Source: a bacterium (GTDB taxonomy: Bacteria; UBA8248). From it: DNA of 64,000 nt. This document shows positions 61,477-64,000 of the stretch, piece after piece. The position numbers and the translations under genes are program-made. The notes under the pieces were generated by a model that ran no database searches, was not told the origin of the DNA, and saw only the letters and a list, made by a program, of their open reading frames with translations. The stretch lies in contig OY843592.1 in NCBI GenBank assembly GCA_963692865.2, positions 128,001 to 192,000 on the forward strand. The letters run 5' to 3'. How positions within the stretch are numbered: the stretch's first letter is position 1; every line of letters starts with the position of its first letter.

Positions 61477-63795
61477 TTACGCGATCACGGGCGCGGGATT
61501 CAGATCGGCTTCGGCCAGGGGGCGCCTGCGGCGGCCCATGTCGACAGGCGCGTCATACAAGCGCCCAGGCGCGAATCTCGCCCAGAAATGGCGCATGCCC
61601 GGCACGATGACCCGCGCAACCGGCATGCCGATGTCCGGCCGCGTCTGGTCCAGCGCGAGGAACTCCATGCCCCTGGCTTCCACCAACCCCCGGCAATGCT
61701 CCACGTCGTCGCGCGTGTCCTCGGTTTCGATTACCGGATACTGTGAGCATTTCTTGAGCGGCGCGTCCGGCGCCGGGGCCAGCCAGGAACAATCGGCGAT
61801 TCGAGCCGTTTTCCACCATTCGAGCGCCAGCGGATCGTCGATCATGGGCCGGCCGCCGCCCCCTCCGGGTCTCGGCAGCCAGGTAAGGCACTGGTTCAGC
61901 TCGCAAACCGCGCGCAGGGCCGCCAGACGCGGGTCGGCATGGGCGCCCGCGCCGTAAATGATGTCCTCGGTTTCCGCGTCCGGCCTGCGCGAGAGCGCAA
62001 CGAACGCGGGAATGCCGATATCGGAAGTAACGTCGAGCATCCACACTTCCCGCTCGCAGCGGCCGTAATAATCCGCGGCCGTTGCGAGGAATTCGTCGTC
62101 AAAGCTTAAAAGATCGACCCCGGGCGCCCTCAGTCCGTTATACCACCAGATGGCGAACGCATCGCGCTCGACCAGTTCATAGAAGCCTTGCAGGATGGCC
62201 TCCTCCAGAGTGTTCCCGGCGGCGCAGCCGTTGGAGTCGGCAATCAGATCGGCGGCTCCGCGCTGTTCGGCGGACATGCCGTAGAGCATCGACGTCGGCA
62301 GATACCGATGCCGCCGCTGCGTGAACGACCACACGGGGGTCCAGTCGATTTCGGCGTCGGGAGCAAGACGCGGCGGGACGACGTTGTACGGGTGGCCTTT
62401 CGCGTTGATGCTTTCCGCGTTGTCGAGCTGATCCTCGCTGAACAGCTGCGCATCGTTGGGATGGATCGCCTCGTCTTCCGCGGCGAAGTCGATGAACCGC
62501 CTGCGGGTGCGTATCTCGTCTCCGCACCAGGCGCCCGAATAACGCTCTATCGCCTCGCAGAGGGCGCTGGCCTCGGATTGTTCACGCGTGCTGCCCTTGC
62601 CGGCGCTCTTGCTGCGCAGGCTGCGCCTGAGCGAACTCAGGCTCCGGCTTCTCGCGGCGAGATTGCTCCCGGCCCAATAGACGTGCAGCCAGGAGTCGTT
62701 CTCGTCGGTCGTGCGCGTGAGCCAGGTCACGACGCCGCTGATCGGGCTCACCAGGTGGTGGTATTTCGCCAGGGTGGCTTCCGGCGTCACGGCCCGCGCG
62801 CCGCCGCTGTTGCGATGGGCTTTGGGGCTCGCTTTCAGACGCAGCGGCGACGGCGATCGATCCGGCCGGTAGAGCGCCTCGTCGCCACAGGCCGGGCACT
62901 GCGGCCGGCGCGTCACCAGGTGCTGCGAACTCGCAAACGCGCCGACGTTCATCGCCATCGCCCGCTCGTGAATCGGGGCCGCCTCGTCCAGCGCCAGCCA
63001 TTTGACGATCTCGGCCGCGATCAACCCGTACAGCGACTCCAGCACTGCGGGCTCGGCGGCGAACGGCTTGAAGGCGGCTTCCTCGCCGGCGAAGCTGCGC
63101 AGGAAATTGTGGACCTCCTTATGGCTGCGCAGACGGTTCGCCAGGCATTCCCAGCAGGGTCCTTGCCCGTCCGCGCGAAAGACGGGGCCGAACAGCGCCT
63201 CCATGCCGCGCGGACGCACCAGAGTCCACGGTGCTTTCGCCTCGAGCCTGCGCCGGTTCACCTCTGCAAACCGCGCTTCGAGATAATCCTCGCAGACGAT
63301 GACGGTGAGCTTCGGATCGCCGGCCGTCACACCGACGCCGCTCTCTTCCAGATGCCGGACGAAGCGGCCGTCGTCGCCTTCGACGGCGACCCGTGCCTGC
63401 GCCAGCCGCCCTTCGACCCAGCGGGGCGACGCGCCGAGCGACGACCAGTAGGCCGCCCGGCGCCGGTCCATGCCGTGGTCGGCGGAGACGACGTAGCCCC
63501 TGGCGGAGAGCGAAACAATCGCCGCGTGAACGTCGGCGGCGGGGTGGCGTCCATCGAGGGCGGCGGCAATCCCGGCCAGCGGGCGCCGGTCGCCCAGAAG
63601 CGGCAGCAGATCGCCATACAGGCCGCCGTGCAGCAGGGTATCGAACGACTCGGAGACCAGCAGGGTCTGCCGCTCGCCGATTTCTTGGAACTGCAGGTGC
63701 GGGGTGAGCGCGGGGAACTCGACGAGGCCCCGGTCCGCAGGGGTCGTTCTCGTCAATATCCCGCGCCGGGGATTCGTTTTCGGCTGGGTTGACAT
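61477..63795 (-). CDS. TOMM cyclodehydratase: RRE/E1-like domain fused to YcaO (SrpC-like)
   Basis: GPCWEC and RPQCPAC zinc sites, SAGKG, EAIERYS, SNGCAAGNTLEEAILQGFYELVERDA, C-terminal NPAPVIA (PxP). Confidence 0.93.
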   Translation of the reverse strand: MSTQPKTNPRRGILTRTTPADRGLVEFPALTPHLQFQEIGERQTLLVSESFDTLLHGGLYGDLLPLLGDRRPLAGIAAALDGRHPAADVHAAIVSLSARGYVVSADHGMDRRRAAYWSSLGASPRWVEGRLAQARVAVEGDDGRFVRHLEESGVGVTAGDPKLTVIVCEDYLEARFAEVNRRRLEAKAPWTLVRPRGMEALFGPVFRADGQGPCWECLANRLRSHKEVHNFLRSFAGEEAAFKPFAAEPAVLESLYGLIAAEIVKWLALDEAAPIHERAMAMNVGAFASSQHLVTRRPQCPACGDEALYRPDRSPSPLRLKASPKAHRNSGGARAVTPEATLAKYHHLVSPISGVVTWLTRTTDENDSWLHVYWAGSNLAARSRSLSSLRRSLRSKSAGKGSTREQSEASALCEAIERYSGAWCGDEIRTRRRFIDFAAEDEAIHPNDAQLFSEDQLDNAESINAKGHPYNVVPPRLAPDAEIDWTPVWSFTQRRHRYLPTSMLYGMSAEQRGAADLIADSNGCAAGNTLEEAILQGFYELVERDAFAIWWYNGLRAPGVDLLSFDDEFLATAADYYGRCEREVWMLDVTSDIGIPAFVALSRRPDAETEDIIYGAGAHADPRLAALRAVCELNQCLTWLPRPGGGGGRPMIDDPLALEWWKTARIADCSWLAPAPDAPLKKCSQYPVIETEDTRDDVEHCRGLVEARGMEFLALDQTRPDIGMPVARVIVPGMRHFWARFAPGRLYDAPVDMGRRRRPLAEADLNPAPVIA

Positions 63796-63828
63796 CCGGG
63801 AATCCTGCGTCTGCTCGGTCGGCGCCTT

Positions 63829-64000
63829 TTAGGTGCGCGAAACGAGCGTATCGATCGAGGCGGCGGCGCTGGATGCGGTTTCGGCGACCGCCGACGCCAG
63901 CGCATCGAAATCCTCCTGTCCGCAAGCGTTCGCAACGAGAGATTTGGCCTTCGTCCCCGCCGCCGCCGCGTCGAATCCTTCCTCGCCGACGAGGCGCATG
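63829..64000 (-). CDS. 3' end of a gene running off the window; C-terminus resembles GlnE-like adenylyltransferase
   Basis: ...MRLVGEEGFDAAAAGTKAKSLVANACGQEDFDALASAVAETASSAAASIDTLVSRT*. Confidence 0.4.
   Translation of the reverse strand, partial: MRLVGEEGFDAAAAGTKAKSLVANACGQEDFDALASAVAETASSAAASIDTLVSRT

Noticed and set aside
62188-63792. Long antisense ORFs here and opposite other genes (e.g. 24971-26521)
   Set aside because: They are shadow ORFs expected from high-GC codon bias opposite well-supported genes

Overview
A GC-rich bacterial chromosome window. The srp-type LCCCW RiPP precursor and the transporter-heavy gene content suggest a marine-sponge symbiont, but this is inference. Core genes include SsuABC-type, Aap, TAXI-TRAP and Tct transporters, tandem BKACE enzymes, a ThDP enzyme, a CaiB CoA-transferase with an enoyl-CoA hydratase, lhgO, arsS, mlaA, citrate synthase, a polyamine operon (XRE regulator, speD, pdaD, speE, speB) and tRNA-Pro(UGG). 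Two genes split by the ORF caller are in-frame UGA selenoproteins: a UGSC-family protein with a UGSS variant motif, and an AhpD-like CxxU protein. Small, AT-richer accessory cassettes sit just past the ends of core genes: a 3TM-TIR-TIR Thoeris-like operon with no ThsA, a C5 methylase-endonuclease-Vsr module, a NYN RNase preceded by a promoter, structured RNA and terminator, two HEPN/Abi-like singletons, and a kinase-Nudix fusion. In two places (aapP and speB) the cargo lies between the gene's 3' end and a diverged second copy of that 3' end, with no integrase in view. The right end carries an NHLP/YcaO RiPP locus with a prenyltransferase-like enzyme. Intergenic DNA contains at least four REP-like palindrome families and IS1182-like MITEs. 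All protein calls come from motif recognition, not database searches.
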